Shown one piece after another: positions 1 to 9,478 of a stretch of DNA of 64,000 nt. Position numbers and translations under genes: made by a program. Each line of letters opens with the position of its first letter. The first letter of the stretch is position 1. The notes beneath the pieces were generated by a model that made no database searches, was not told where the DNA came from, and saw only the letters and a program-made list of their open reading frames with translations. The stretch covers positions 2,262-66,261 of the forward strand of contig CAYWJR010000003.1 of NCBI GenBank assembly GCA_964458615.1, read 5' to 3'. The stretch comes from an uncultured Alphaproteobacteria bacterium. Its GTDB lineage: Bacteria > Pseudomonadota > Alphaproteobacteria > SHNJ01.

Positions 1-723
1 TATATGCGGCTTGTGGTTGCGGTTGCGCATAAATTCAAAATTTATGGCTTGCCGATCAGCGATTTGATTCAAGAAGGCAATGTCGGATTGATGCAAGCGG
101 CGATGCGGTTCGACGTCGCGCGCAATGTCCGGTTTTCAACCTATGCGTCGTGGTGGATCCGCGCGCAAATCCAGGATTATATTTTGCGCAACTGGTCGAT
201 TGTGCGTACCGGCACGACGGCCGCGCACAAATCGTTGTTTTTCAATTTCAACCGTTTGCGCGCCCGTATCGATGGGACGGCATCGCGCGGTTTGAACGAT
301 GGCGACCGTAGCCGTATAGCGCGGGAATTGGGCGTCGCCGACAGCGATGTGCGCCATATGGAACAACGTCTTTCCGGCGGCGATTATTCTTTGTCTTATC
401 AAATTGGCGAAGATTCCGAATCCACCGCGCAGGATTTTTTGGCCGATACGCGCCCGACGCCGGAACAATATGTGACATCCAAACACGACAGCATCACGCG
501 GTCGCATTGGTTGAACGATGCGTTGGCGTCGTTGACCGAACGCGAACGTTTTATCATCACCCGCCGCCGGTTGCAGGATGATGGCGACACGCTGGAGGTT
601 TTGGGCGAAAAAATGGGCGTCAGCAAGGAACGTGTCCGTCAAATCGAAACGCGCGCGATGCAAAAATTGGAAAATCATCTGCGCAAATCGGTTCCATCGC
701 CGCAAGATTTATTCGGCGACTAG
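1..723 (+). CDS. rpoH: RNA polymerase sigma-32 (RpoH) family sigma factor, 5' end cut by the window edge
   Basis: The frame is open from nt 1. Sigma-70 region 2–4 motifs are present (YASWWIRAQIQDYIL, region 4 HTH LGEKMGVSKERVRQIE). It is clearly paralogous to the rpoH at 37509..38417. Confidence 0.85.
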   Translation, partial: YMRLVVAVAHKFKIYGLPISDLIQEGNVGLMQAAMRFDVARNVRFSTYASWWIRAQIQDYILRNWSIVRTGTTAAHKSLFFNFNRLRARIDGTASRGLNDGDRSRIARELGVADSDVRHMEQRLSGGDYSLSYQIGEDSESTAQDFLADTRPTPEQYVTSKHDSITRSHWLNDALASLTERERFIITRRRLQDDGDTLEVLGEKMGVSKERVRQIETRAMQKLENHLRKSVPSPQDLFGD

Positions 724-1632
724 ATCGTCTTCGTCGCTTTCAACAGGCGCCATATCTTCGGGTTTGGCGTCTTGTTTTTCCGCCTTCTTGGCGCGTTTTT
801 TGCGTTTTGGGGCATCCGGCGGTTTTGCGCCCGGCGCATAAGATAACAATTCCAATTGCTGTGCGTGCGACAATTCAATGCTGGGTCCGTTTTTCGATTC
901 CACCCAGCCGCGAACCCGCACCACCGCGCCGGTCAATTCCTTCGGCTTTATTTTATCCGCAGTAAATGCGGCGCGCGCCGAAATCGGTATCACGGCGGTG
1001 AAATCGTCGCGCCAATTATCGCCGAAATTCAAATATATGGTTTTTTTAACCTCTGCCACCTCGCGCACGCGGCCTTCGACCAATTGATACGTATCGATGA
1101 ATTTTTTATCTAAAACCGATTGCGGATTTTGAATCGCGTAATAAGGATGATTCCATATGCCGCGTTTTTGCGTCCGTGCCGCCGATTCCAATTTCAATAA
1201 TTCCGCCGTCATGGATTTGTTATCCGGGAAACTGTAAACCCTGGCCATGCCGGATGAAATCATTTCCGCTTGCACCCATTTGCCGCCGGGTAAAAAAAGA
1301 TGCGCCAGAATCCGGCCATGACGGTCTTGGTGCGTGCCGTCATATTTCAATTGTAAAATCTGTGCGCCGATCAAATTTTGCAAAAAAGATTTGGCGTCTT
1401 GCGACATCGGCCAATCGGTCATATGGGCGCGGCCCAATGATAATTTTGGCGCCTGAATCCCAACCAGCCGTATTTGCCGCCCATCCGGCAGCCGGACGGT
1501 ATCGCCGTCGATGACCGATTCGATAGGGGTGGATTCGCCGTCCGTTAACATTTGACCGCTCGCCGCGATTGCGCCAGTTGGCGCGGAAAATATCAATAAA
1601 CACAATAATAGCGGTAAAAATATCTGTGACAT
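709..1632 (-). CDS. secreted thermonuclease (staphylococcal-nuclease-like) with signal peptide and Lys/Asp-rich C-terminal tail
   Basis: ATG start at 1632. N-terminal signal peptide MSQIFLPLLLCLLIFSAPTGAIA. SNase-like core (IDGDTVRL...IRLVGIQAPK). The 15 nt overlap with the rpoH paralog is convergent. Confidence 0.75.
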   Translation of the reverse strand: MSQIFLPLLLCLLIFSAPTGAIAASGQMLTDGESTPIESVIDGDTVRLPDGRQIRLVGIQAPKLSLGRAHMTDWPMSQDAKSFLQNLIGAQILQLKYDGTHQDRHGRILAHLFLPGGKWVQAEMISSGMARVYSFPDNKSMTAELLKLESAARTQKRGIWNHPYYAIQNPQSVLDKKFIDTYQLVEGRVREVAEVKKTIYLNFGDNWRDDFTAVIPISARAAFTADKIKPKELTGAVVRVRGWVESKNGPSIELSHAQQLELLSYAPGAKPPDAPKRKKRAKKAEKQDAKPEDMAPVESDEDDLVAE

Positions 1633-1789
1633 AGGCCGATATTAACGAATTTCGGTGTTATGTCCAGGCCGCGTTCGGGTGCATTGCGGAATGAAATATC
1701 TGCTGCGCCCGATGCAAAACCTTGCGAAATCAGGATTCAAAATGCTATAGATACAATCGTCTTTAATTCCCAGTCAGAAAGTTTTTCGA

Positions 1790-2302
1790 ATGCGTTTTGT
1801 AATTGCGATTGCAGTTTTTTTAATTTGCCCGTTGGTTTTTGCGAATCATGCCGTTGCCGCAGACGGTAAAAAAACCGGCACCCCGGATTTGATCAGTTTT
1901 GCCGTTGGCCAATATGATGTATTCGACAACGAAGAAGCGGCGGAATTCGTTTTGGAATACCGCGCGAAATCATGGAATTGGAATACATTGTCCCCATTGG
2001 CGGGCGTAATGGCGACAACCGACGGCGCGGTTTATGGATTCGGTGGGATCGGATTCGATTGGGCGATCGACAATAAATGGATTATCAATCCGAATTTCGC
2101 CGTGGGCGCGTACCATAATGGCGCAGGCAAGGATTTGGGGCATGGGTTGGAATTCCGGTCGGGTTTGGAATTGAATTATGTGACCGACGATTTGTCGCGT
2201 TTGGGCGTGGCATTCAATCATATTTCCAACGCCAGTTTGGGCGATGAAAATCCAGGCACGGAATCGTTGTTGTTTACGTATTCGATTCCTGTCGGCTGGT
2301 AA
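1790..2302 (+). CDS. pagL: lipid A 3-O-deacylase PagL-like outer-membrane protein
   Basis: ATG at 1790. Signal peptide, about 150 aa of beta-barrel-like sequence, a terminal aromatic residue and a PagL-like H...S motif (FNHISNASLGDE). A terminator follows. Confidence 0.6.
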   Translation: MRFVIAIAVFLICPLVFANHAVAADGKKTGTPDLISFAVGQYDVFDNEEAAEFVLEYRAKSWNWNTLSPLAGVMATTDGAVYGFGGIGFDWAIDNKWIINPNFAVGAYHNGAGKDLGHGLEFRSGLELNYVTDDLSRLGVAFNHISNASLGDENPGTESLLFTYSIPVGW

Positions 2303-2327
2303 AAGAATATAAACGGATGGAATGAAA

Positions 2328-2353
2328 AAAACCGCCCAGTGGGCGGTTTTTTG
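2328..2353 (+). terminator. rho-independent terminator downstream of pagL
   Basis: aaaaaaACCGCCCAgtGGGCGGTtttttg. A GC stem followed by a T tract. Confidence 0.55.
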
Positions 2354-2375
2354 TTTCAAGATTATTTGAAAAAAA

Positions 2376-2452
2376 TGGCGTCCCCGAGATGATTCGAACA
2401 TCCGACACCCGGTTTAGGAAACCGGTGCTCTATCCAGCTGAGCTACGGGGAC
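2376..2452 (-). tRNA. tRNA-Arg (anticodon CCU)
   Basis: The reverse complement GTCCCCGTAGCTCAGCTGGATAGAGCACCGGTTTCCTAAACCGGGTGTCGGATGTTCGAATCATCTCGGGGACGCCA folds as a cloverleaf. 7-bp acceptor stem GTCCCCG/CGGGGAC. Anticodon loop TTCCTAA. GTTCGAATC T-loop. Encoded CCA. Confidence 0.9.
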
Positions 2453-2535
2453 AATAAAATTATTTTATCATTTGGCACTTAATTTTCAATTTTTATAAAA
2501 TGGGTTGTAAATCAAATGCTTTATAAAGATAAAAA

Positions 2536-2567
2536 ACCCGGCGAATTACTTCGCCGGGTTTTTTTTG
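2536..2567. terminator. bidirectional hairpin terminator
   Basis: aaaaaaCCCGGCGAAttacTTCGCCGGGttttttttg. A perfect stem flanked by A and T tracts on both sides. Confidence 0.55.
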
Positions 2568-2584
2568 TTCGAATGAATTTTAAA

Positions 2585-2851
2585 TCAGGCCACTGATTTT
2601 TTCGATCCGCTCTTTTTTTCAAACTTTGTCAAACGGTCGATTAAATCCTGCGCGTACCCGGCGCCATACCGCATTTCCAGGAATTTATACAACTCCAGAT
2701 TGCTGTGATCGTTGCCGATTGGGTCGGTGGATACGGGATCGGTGTTGGAATTGGCCGGCGGGGTTTTTGTGCTGTGGGATTGTTTTGGTATCATAATGGC
2801 TCCGTAACTAATCATATTTTGTTGATTTTTTGTCTTAACTATTGTTAACAA
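2585..2851 (-). CDS. hypothetical small protein; TTG start in the track, so the real start is uncertain
   Basis: Only ORF evidence, with no recognisable motif. It lies between a terminator and the EamA gene. Confidence 0.25.
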   Translation of the reverse strand: MLTIVKTKNQQNMISYGAIMIPKQSHSTKTPPANSNTDPVSTDPIGNDHSNLELYKFLEMRYGAGYAQDLIDRLTKFEKKSGSKKSVA

Positions 2852-2915
2852 ACTAACGCGGAATGGTTAACGAACGGTTAAGATGGGTTTAAAACCAACT
2901 TATGGAGCAAAAAAA

Positions 2916-3820
2916 TTATGACGTGGAATGTTCCTTGTGGGTAACTGGCTGGCTGATTGCGAAAATTGCCGATACAACCATAAATACGCCAATATATTGC
3001 ATCAAAGTCAGACTTTCGGATAACAGCCATACCGCGCCAAGGATCGATACAACCGGTTCCAGCTTCATTACCAAACTGACACGCAGGGCGGATATGCTTT
3101 TGATAGCGACAAAGAACGAAATTTGACCCACCAGCGATAATATTAAAGATGTTGCGATCAATGCCCATCCCGATGCGTCATCGGCAGCGGGCAGGGCGAT
3201 GCCGTGCGATAACGACAATCCCGCAAATGCCAATGTTGGAATCAAACTGAGTTGTACGGTAAAAACATACGCATCGCGGTCGGCGATTACCTTGTTGCTT
3301 AGATAAAGGTAACTGGCGATCAATATGCTTGCGCCAAATGCCATGGCGCCGCCAGCGATATTGAAATCGCTGTGAATCATTCGGTCTGGATTTATCACCA
3401 ACGCCAATCCAACAAGAGCGGTTGCCAGCGACAAAAGAAACACCCGCGTCAATTTTGTTTTGTCGAAATAAAAATGCAGCGCTGCCAAAATCAATGGGTA
3501 AAGAAAAACCAGCATGGTGACGGATGCAATATCCAAATATTCAATCGAGCTGTAATGCAGCCAGCTGAATAAAAGGAAAATAACGCTGATTGCCGCAACC
3601 GGCGCGTAATTTTTAACGCCCGACCATAATTGTTTGCCCATTAAATACAGCACAAAGCCGACGCCAAAACATTGCGCCATGCGGTTGGCCGCCATATAGG
3701 AATAAACATCCATGCCATGGCATAAACGGCCTTGGCGATCGGAACCTGGATGCCGAAACAAAACGCGGACACAACCGCCAATGCGCATCCGATCCAAAAT
3801 TCTTTTTTTTGTTGGGACAT
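2916..3820 (-). CDS. EamA/DMT-family transporter with an apparent single-nt frameshift near 3700-3730 (pseudogene or sequencing error)
   Basis: The N-terminal TM1 frame (MSQQKKEFWIGCALAVVSAFCFGIQVPIAKAVYAMAW) starts at ATG 3820, overlapping the upstream stop as TAATG. The rest of a 10-TM DMT protein continues in the -1 frame (MDVYSYMAANRMAQCFGVGFVLYL...). Confidence 0.6.
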
Positions 3821-5892
3821 TATCGTCCTTCCCTGCGCCAAGCCATCAGCAATAACAAAATCCCCAAAAGCAAATATACAATCGATGGCATTAACGGCGT
3901 TTGTTTAATGCCGCTAATGGTGTAATTGTTATTTTTTCTAACGCCAATCCAATTCCGGCCGGACATGGAACGGTTGGCGTCGACATGCCGTATTCCGGGC
4001 TGGCCGTCTTCGGCGATCCAACGGATCGATCCGTTGCTGGCATCGGCCAACGGCGATAATTTTTCTTTGCTGGATGCCAAATCGGAGTATTCCAACGGAT
4101 TTAATCCGCCAACTCCGGCCATGATCGATTGGCGGCCATTGCTGATTCTGTAAATTCCTGTTTTGGCGACCTGGATTTTTGCGCGTGAAAATCCGGGCAT
4201 TTCTTCGGTCAGCGAGATGGTTTCGATTTCGCCGCCCGGTTTGGTCACGGTGACCGAATTGTTGCTTTGCGCCAGGCTCCGTTGAGTTATTGTGACAGTA
4301 CGGCCTTGGACTTCGGCGCGCAAATCGTCTTCTTCCAATTGGGGTTCTTTCATCAACCAATGCGACAGGCGGCGCAACAGTTCGGAATGCGGTCCGCCGC
4401 CTTGATGTCCGCGCGCCCAAAGCCAGATTTGATCGGAAAATAATTGCGCCACGCGTCCTTGGCCAATTCGGTCCAGAATCAATAATGGCCGTTCATCCGC
4501 GCCGGACATCAATATATTGCCATGCCGGACTTTGGAATCGATTTGCCGCAACCATGGCCCCCATTTGCTTGGTTTTCCGGGTTTTCCCGCGCCCGGCAAA
4601 TCCGATGTCACCGGATGGCGCGCGCCGTCGGATGTCAGTGCCGGAACAAATTCCGATTCGATAATTTTCTGGGTTGGAATTGCGGGCAGAATATTGCCGA
4701 CTGGGGTGTCGAATAAACTTAAGGATGCGTCCGGCAACGGGCCTTCGGCATCCAATACCGCGCCGCCTTTTTCCACGAATTCGACGATATGATTCATGTA
4801 TTCGTTCGGCAAAACGCTTAGGCGGCGGTAACGGTCGAAAATAATCAGGTTGAAATCGTATAATTTTTCTTCGAACAATTCTTTGGTGGGAAAGGCGATC
4901 AACGACAATTCTTCGGTTGGAATGGAATCTTGTTTTTCAGGCGGACGCAAAATGGTGAAATGCACCAAATCCACCGACGGGTCGGATTTTAGAAAATTTC
5001 TCCATACCCTGGTGCCGGGGTGCGGATCGCCGGAAATCAACAAAACCCGCAACCGGTCACGCACGCCGTTTACGGTCAGCACGGCATGGTTGTTTTCATC
5101 CGACAATTCGGCCGCGCCTTTTGGAATGGACAGCTCGAAAATATTCGCGCCGGCGTGGCGGATATTGACGGGAATTTCCACGTCTTGTCCAACCGGGATC
5201 GATTGGGTTTGAACCTTGTCGGCGTCGGTGCGCAAGGAAATGTCGACATTTCCGCCTTCGTCGGTGCCGTCTTCGACATGCACGGTAATGGTTTGGTTCT
5301 GGCCGACGATGCCGAATCCGGGGCTGCGCACGATTTTCAGCCTGCGGTCGCGTTCGCCCGGCGCGCCGGTCAATAATATTTGAAACGGCGCTTGGCCAAT
5401 ATCCGCCAATGACACCGGCACGTCATGCACTTGCCCGTCGGTGATTAAAATAACCGCCCCGATATGCGATTTTGGAATATCGCCGCTGCCGCGAGAAATC
5501 GCGGAAAACAACATCGTGCCGCCCGCATCGTCCGGGTTGTCGCCCACGGCGATGGTGCGGAAATTTATGTTTTCCATACCGGCCAGTTCGGATTCGATTG
5601 CGCGCCGCGCGGCATCCGTTTGCGCGGATCTTTGATTAATTTGATTGCTGGTGGATTCGTCGATCACGACCAAAACGGTGTCGGGTTTTATTTCACGTAT
5701 TTCTTCGACCAGCGATGGATTGCACAGCATCAATAAAAACAAAGCCAAGGCGGATATGCGCCAAGGCCAGCCGCGGGCGCGTTTCGATATGGCGTATACC
5801 GCCAGCGCAGCGGCGATAACGGCCAATACCACAATCGCCCAAAATGGCAGGGATGGGAAAAAACGGATGAATAATTCGGGATTGTTATTCAT
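3820..5892 (-). CDS. membrane-anchored vWA-domain protein of the MoxR/Bat-like operon
   Basis: N-terminal pair of TM helices. DxSxS MIDAS motif (VLVVIDESTSN). C-terminal TM. 8-nt overlap with the upstream gene. Confidence 0.7.
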   Translation of the reverse strand: MNNNPELFIRFFPSLPFWAIVVLAVIAAALAVYAISKRARGWPWRISALALFLLMLCNPSLVEEIREIKPDTVLVVIDESTSNQINQRSAQTDAARRAIESELAGMENINFRTIAVGDNPDDAGGTMLFSAISRGSGDIPKSHIGAVILITDGQVHDVPVSLADIGQAPFQILLTGAPGERDRRLKIVRSPGFGIVGQNQTITVHVEDGTDEGGNVDISLRTDADKVQTQSIPVGQDVEIPVNIRHAGANIFELSIPKGAAELSDENNHAVLTVNGVRDRLRVLLISGDPHPGTRVWRNFLKSDPSVDLVHFTILRPPEKQDSIPTEELSLIAFPTKELFEEKLYDFNLIIFDRYRRLSVLPNEYMNHIVEFVEKGGAVLDAEGPLPDASLSLFDTPVGNILPAIPTQKIIESEFVPALTSDGARHPVTSDLPGAGKPGKPSKWGPWLRQIDSKVRHGNILMSGADERPLLILDRIGQGRVAQLFSDQIWLWARGHQGGGPHSELLRRLSHWLMKEPQLEEDDLRAEVQGRTVTITQRSLAQSNNSVTVTKPGGEIETISLTEEMPGFSRAKIQVAKTGIYRISNGRQSIMAGVGGLNPLEYSDLASSKEKLSPLADASNGSIRWIAEDGQPGIRHVDANRSMSGRNWIGVRKNNNYTISGIKQTPLMPSIVYLLLGILLLLMAWRREGR

Positions 5893-8590
5893 GTCCCAAC
5901 CGTTCCAAAATCGCAGGTACGTGCACCTGGTCGGATTTATAATTGCCGGTCAAGGCGTACATCACCAGATTAATGCCAAAACGGCGCGCTGTTTCGCGTT
6001 GTTTTTCTCCGCCAGGAACGGCGGGATATAATGGTTTTCCAGATTTATCGACCGCCCATGCCGCCGCCCAATCCTGGGTGCCGATGATGATCGATGCCAC
6101 GCCGTCGAAATTGTTGGAATCGTGATCGGAAATCCATAATGTCTTATCGCTCCACCGGCCCGGCCATTCTTTTAGTAAATAAAAACTGCGCAACAAAACA
6201 TGTTCCGGGCGGATCGGATTCAAAACCGGAACGTCGATATTTTGAAAATAATCGGCCAGTAAATTTTCCGATATGCTGCTGCCGTCGCCATCGCGCGTGT
6301 CGATTATAATCATGCCGCCGTTGCGTATGTATGAATTGATACGCATCGAAGCCGCCTGCGATAACGGCGTTGCATGATCCGGCATCGGCCAATACAGAAT
6401 CGGATAAAACGCCAAATCGTCGTTTTCGATATCGACGCCTTTTGGGTCGGCCGCTTCGACCGATGTTCGCGTGCGTAATACATGCGTCAAACCGGTCAAT
6501 CCCGCGGCACTGATCCGGTCGATGTCCGCATTGTATGTTTTAATATACCCCAGCCGCGGATGCTTGGCGGCTTGAATGTTGTCTGGGCTTGCGGCGGCGG
6601 ATGGCGCAGTCATCAATATCCCGATTGCGATCATAGCGGCGGGCATGGAACGGCGCAGTGTTGGAATAAACGATGCCAAATTCAAACTGATAATCATATC
6701 CGCCAACGCCAACAACAAAGCGGCCAGATACAAAAATGGGCGTATGTCTTTTTCCCGGCTTTTTAGGTCGTCCATGATTTTTATGCCATTCGGCAAATCG
6801 ACGATCGGATCCATCGCCGCCACATGATCGCTTAGATTGAACGCTTTTTTATCGGTTTCGCTGCCATAATATCCGGGCGGGTAATAAGGGCCGGCGCGGT
6901 GCGTTTGCAAATCTTCGTAGGTCGCGTTTTTAACGTATGTCGGCGGTGTTTGCAGTTGGCCGAAACCGTTCAACATTTCATACAAACTGAAACCTTCTTG
7001 GGCGTTTGCGGCTATGACGCCTTGGCTGCTCCAAATCAAGCGTTGCAACATTTCAACGAACAGCCCAGATAAAATCAAATTCGACCATTGGTGGTTGGCG
7101 GCGATATGGAATAAAATCACCTGGCCATTGCCCAATTTCGTTCCGGTGACAAGCGGCGTGCCGTCTTGCAAGGCTGCCCAGGTTTTTTGCGCCAGATCGG
7201 GTGTTGGGGTTGTCAGCAATTGACGGTTGATTTTAATATCGGGTGGCACGGTTAAACCGTAAAACGGGCCGTTATCCGGCATGGCCGCAAGCCCGATCGG
7301 TTCCGACCACGACAAATTTCCGGTCATGCTGCGCGGTTTATCATGTACCGGAACCGGCAATAACGAATCGGGGGTTTTTACCAAATTATCGCCGGCAAAC
7401 CGGATCAATGTGCCGCCTTTTTCGACCCAGCGGCGCAATTCATCGTTTTCCAGTTTGTTCGGATTATTGGCGTCGGTTAAAATCATGACGGCAATATTTG
7501 ATTTCAACAATTCATCGATGTTACCGTGAAAAACTTCTGCGAATGGCGCTGCGGCGCGTTCGATAAAATACAAATCGTCCAATAACGGCTTGCTGGAATC
7601 CATCGCTTGCGTGGTTACGATACCCAACGGATGCTGCCGCCCTGTTTCATCGATCAAATAAGTCGTTCCGGCATTGATTTGTTCGGATACAATCAGCCGG
7701 CTGACTTTGTTTTTTACGTCCAATGGCAGTTCCAATTTGCTTTTGGCGACGGTTTTGCCGCTTTCAAACGTGGCGGCGATTTGACCCAATGCCTTGCCGT
7801 CTTGGGAAAATGCCTGCACCGTGACGGATGCGGGCGGCATAGGCCGGTTTAACGGCAATGTGCGGCGAACCACCAAATCGATTCCGCCCGCTTGCGAAGC
7901 GTCGGCGGACAAAAGTAAATTATGTTGATCCTGGCGCAGGATAAAAAATAATTGTCCTTTGCTAGACAAACCATTCAGCAAATCGTAAAAACCGTCGTCT
8001 TTTAAACCGTCGCTGAACCAAAAAATATCCGGATTCGGCACCAATTTTTTTTCCGAAAATTCCTTGGCCGCCAAATCGTAACGCGCCGGCCATGGCAGCG
8101 GTCGCAAGCCCTTTATAATTTGCGCCGCTTCGGCAGGGGTCAAATAATCGGATACAAAATCGAATGTGCTGTCCGGATTCGGGGCGGTGGTTATAATTTG
8201 CACCGTTTTATTTTCCCGCATGGCGACGTCGATGATTTGCCCGGCTTGCTGCGATACCGAAGCCCAGTTTTTCGCCGAATTCCATCCATTGTCGATGGCC
8301 AGAATAATCGAATTGCGGGTTGCCAATTGCTGTTCCGGGTTCAAAATCGGGTGCGCCGCGCCGATGATAATCAACACAATCAATCCAATGCGCAAAGCAA
8401 GCAACCACCACGGCGCGCGCCGGGGTGTTTCTTCTTTTTGTTTCAGGAATTTTAACAATTTGATCGCCGGAAATTCGATGCGGCGCGGCGATGGCGGCGT
8501 GAAGCGGACGATTTGCCACAATACCGGCAATATCATCAATGCCAAAAGGCACCAGGGAGACAAGAATCCGATAAATCCCAGCGACAGCAT
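5885..8590 (-). CDS. large (901 aa) BatA-N-like double-transmembrane-anchor protein of the MoxR/Bat-like operon
   Basis: N-terminus matches the aerotolerance-regulator (BatA) N-terminal double-TM pattern (MLSLGFIGFLSPWCLLALMILPVLWQIVRFTPPSPRR...LLALRIGLIVLIIIGAAHP). TAATG overlap with DUF58. An internal TM is followed by a large periplasmic region. Confidence 0.7.
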   Translation of the reverse strand: MLSLGFIGFLSPWCLLALMILPVLWQIVRFTPPSPRRIEFPAIKLLKFLKQKEETPRRAPWWLLALRIGLIVLIIIGAAHPILNPEQQLATRNSIILAIDNGWNSAKNWASVSQQAGQIIDVAMRENKTVQIITTAPNPDSTFDFVSDYLTPAEAAQIIKGLRPLPWPARYDLAAKEFSEKKLVPNPDIFWFSDGLKDDGFYDLLNGLSSKGQLFFILRQDQHNLLLSADASQAGGIDLVVRRTLPLNRPMPPASVTVQAFSQDGKALGQIAATFESGKTVAKSKLELPLDVKNKVSRLIVSEQINAGTTYLIDETGRQHPLGIVTTQAMDSSKPLLDDLYFIERAAAPFAEVFHGNIDELLKSNIAVMILTDANNPNKLENDELRRWVEKGGTLIRFAGDNLVKTPDSLLPVPVHDKPRSMTGNLSWSEPIGLAAMPDNGPFYGLTVPPDIKINRQLLTTPTPDLAQKTWAALQDGTPLVTGTKLGNGQVILFHIAANHQWSNLILSGLFVEMLQRLIWSSQGVIAANAQEGFSLYEMLNGFGQLQTPPTYVKNATYEDLQTHRAGPYYPPGYYGSETDKKAFNLSDHVAAMDPIVDLPNGIKIMDDLKSREKDIRPFLYLAALLLALADMIISLNLASFIPTLRRSMPAAMIAIGILMTAPSAAASPDNIQAAKHPRLGYIKTYNADIDRISAAGLTGLTHVLRTRTSVEAADPKGVDIENDDLAFYPILYWPMPDHATPLSQAASMRINSYIRNGGMIIIDTRDGDGSSISENLLADYFQNIDVPVLNPIRPEHVLLRSFYLLKEWPGRWSDKTLWISDHDSNNFDGVASIIIGTQDWAAAWAVDKSGKPLYPAVPGGEKQRETARRFGINLVMYALTGNYKSDQVHVPAILERLGHE

Positions 8591-9476
8591 TACACCACCC
8601 GCCGTTGCGATAAATCACGGTACAATTCCATCAACGCCAATTCAGGCGGTTTATCGGTGCGGTGAAAACTGTATGTCCAGCCCGCTTGTTTGCAAACCGA
8701 TTCCACCGCCAATCGGTGCGATTCCGCCCGCCGCGCATAGGCGGCGCGAATATCGTCGGCGCGTTTTATTTCAACTTTGCCGTCATCGCTTTCCAGTCCT
8801 TCGAAAATAACGCGGCCACGGAACGGCAGATCGATTTCGGCGGGATCGAATATTTGCACGATGTGCCCTTTGACGCTGATGGATGCATAGGATTGAATCA
8901 ATTTGCGTATATCGCGAATAGGATTTAAAAAATCGCCGATAAAAACCACTTGGGAATGGCGCGGTAAAATGTAATATGGCGGCAAGCTGGGCGTGCGGCG
9001 TTTTTCGTCGATCATGAATTCGGTTGCGCGGTACAAGCCGTGTTTTCCGGTCATTGGCGGCAAACCGCTGGCCAATATGGTGAATTTTTCGCCCCCCCCC
9101 GCGCCAAAAGCGCGATAATGGCCAGCAACAATAACGCGCCGCGCCGCACCTTGGATGGGAATTTCTTTTTTGAACGATACACCATCGACATCGACGTGTC
9201 CGCCCACAACCATAATGTTTGCGGCGCTTCCCATTCTTTTTGCCGGACGAATAATTGTTCGGCGCGCGCAGAACGGCGCCAGTCGATAATGCCTGCGGGA
9301 TCGCCGCTTAGATATGGGCGGTATTGCCAAAAATTGTCGCCTTGCCCGGCGCGGCGCAATCCATGTAAACCTTGGGCCACGGTCTTTGCGATCTTTTCCG
9401 CCTCGAGCAGCAATGGCGGCAACCGCGAAGCCAATGCTTCGGCGCGGTTTTGGATTTTGATCGGATTGACCGGCAT
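8590..9476 (-). CDS. DUF58 (vWA-like) protein, frameshifted in a G9 homopolymer
   Basis: The N-terminal part (MPVNPIKIQ...TLWLWADTSMSM...ALLARGG) and the C-terminal part (GGGEKFTILASGLPPMTG...) lie in two frames joined at CCCCCCCCC 9092-9100. One more G would restore a continuous 295-aa DUF58 protein. The start is ATG 9476, 2 nt after the moxR stop. Confidence 0.7.
9092..9100. repeat. C9/G9 homopolymer at the DUF58 frameshift site
   Basis: Direct count in the sequence. Confidence 0.95.
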
Positions 9477-9478
9477 GA

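Noticed and set aside
136-705. 189-aa minus-strand ORF
   Set aside because: Lies entirely antisense within the rpoH-paralog coding region and has an Arg/Pro-rich composition. It is a typical shadow ORF.
3641-3841. 66-aa ORF that could be read as a separate small membrane protein
   Set aside because: Better explained as the N-terminal TM1 of the frameshifted EamA transporter (start at 3820, coupled to the upstream stop).
8166-8810. 214-aa plus-strand ORF
   Set aside because: Antisense to the BatA-like and DUF58 genes, with a low-complexity Cys/Arg-rich product.
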